From contig NC_045138.2 in the NCBI RefSeq assembly GCF_008831285.2, positions 15,128,001 through 15,192,000 on the forward strand: a stretch of DNA of 64,000 nt, given 5' to 3'. This DNA comes from Nymphaea colorata (lineage: Eukaryota). The notes beneath the pieces were generated by a model. The model had not been told where the DNA came from, made no database searches, and saw only the letters and a list, made by a program, of their open reading frames with translations. This document shows, one piece after another, positions 63,530 to 64,000 of the stretch. The position numbers were made by a program, and so were the translations under genes. Each line of letters starts with the position of its first letter. The stretch's first letter is position 1.

Positions 63530-63943
63530 ATGGCATCCCGAATGGATCAGTATGAGATAATGGAACAGATTGGCAGGGGAGCATTCGGAGCAGCAATCCT
63601 TGTGAATCACAAAGCAGAGAAAAAAAAGTCTGTTTTCCATTTCGATTACTTGCTCCTTCCGTTTTGAATTTCTCTTTTATTTCGTTTTGTATGGTGGGTT
63701 ACCTGCTGCTTTCGCCTATCAAATTCAGATATGTTCTCAAGAAAATACGTCTGGCACGGCAAACTGATCGTTGCAGGAGGTCAGCCCACCAGGAGGTAAG
63801 AGATAATGGCCGCTATTTTAGTTCACTACCGCAATTGATTTCGGTTGTTCTTATACTTGTCATTTATTCGTTGACAGATGGCTCTCATTGCACGGATTCA
63901 GCACCCTTACATAGTGGACTTTAAAGAAGCATGGGTAGAGAAG
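63530..63943 (+). CDS. NEK6: NIMA-related serine/threonine kinase (NEK6/NEK5 type), first three coding exons; gene continues beyond the window
   Basis: Exons 63530-63627, 63729-63795, 63878-63943 splice (GT-AG) to [77 protein letters not shown]: glycine loop GRGAFG, catalytic Lys in VLKK. Near-identical to the plant NEK6 N-terminus as I recall it. Confidence 0.93.
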
Positions 63944-64000
63944 GTACACAATACTTCTTTCCGAACCTTAGCTTTCTAGGCGATCGTCAATTAACCGATC

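Overview
Gene-rich nuclear DNA from a flowering plant (spliceosomal introns, microsatellites, MITE-like elements). No rRNA, tRNA, CRISPR or autonomous transposon was recognisable. I assembled ten protein-coding loci by hand, checking intron phases. In order: (1) exon 1 of an AIF/FSP1-like FAD/NAD(P)H oxidoreductase running off the left edge (-); (2) an intronless PLS-DYW PPR RNA-editing factor resembling At5g09950/MEF7 (-); (3) a small spliced CLAVATA3-like CLE peptide gene that the ORF track only half shows (+, 10087-10532); (4) an NDR1/HIN1-like LEA_2 protein with an extra hydrophobic C-tail (+); (5) a complete 4-exon second copy of the AIF/FSP1-like gene (-); (6) 8-exon uricase (+); (7) a 6-exon plastid Nudix hydrolase of the NUDT26/27 type (-); (8) a divergent intronless DUF7138-like gene (+); (9) a 4-exon uncharacterised plant gene of the so-called TIP41-like family (+); (10) the first three coding exons of a NEK6-type kinase running off the right edge (+). 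The most interesting items are the CLV3-type peptide gene (CLE motif RQVPTGPNPLHH plus NGSPKKPQTP tail), its apparently conserved neighbourhood, the local duplication of the FSP1-like gene, and several splice-site oddities in uricase (duplicated donor, GC-AG intron with an in-frame GT-AG decoy, duplicated acceptor). I found no convincing evidence of a wholly new class of biological system. Homology calls come from motif recognition and memory, not database searches.
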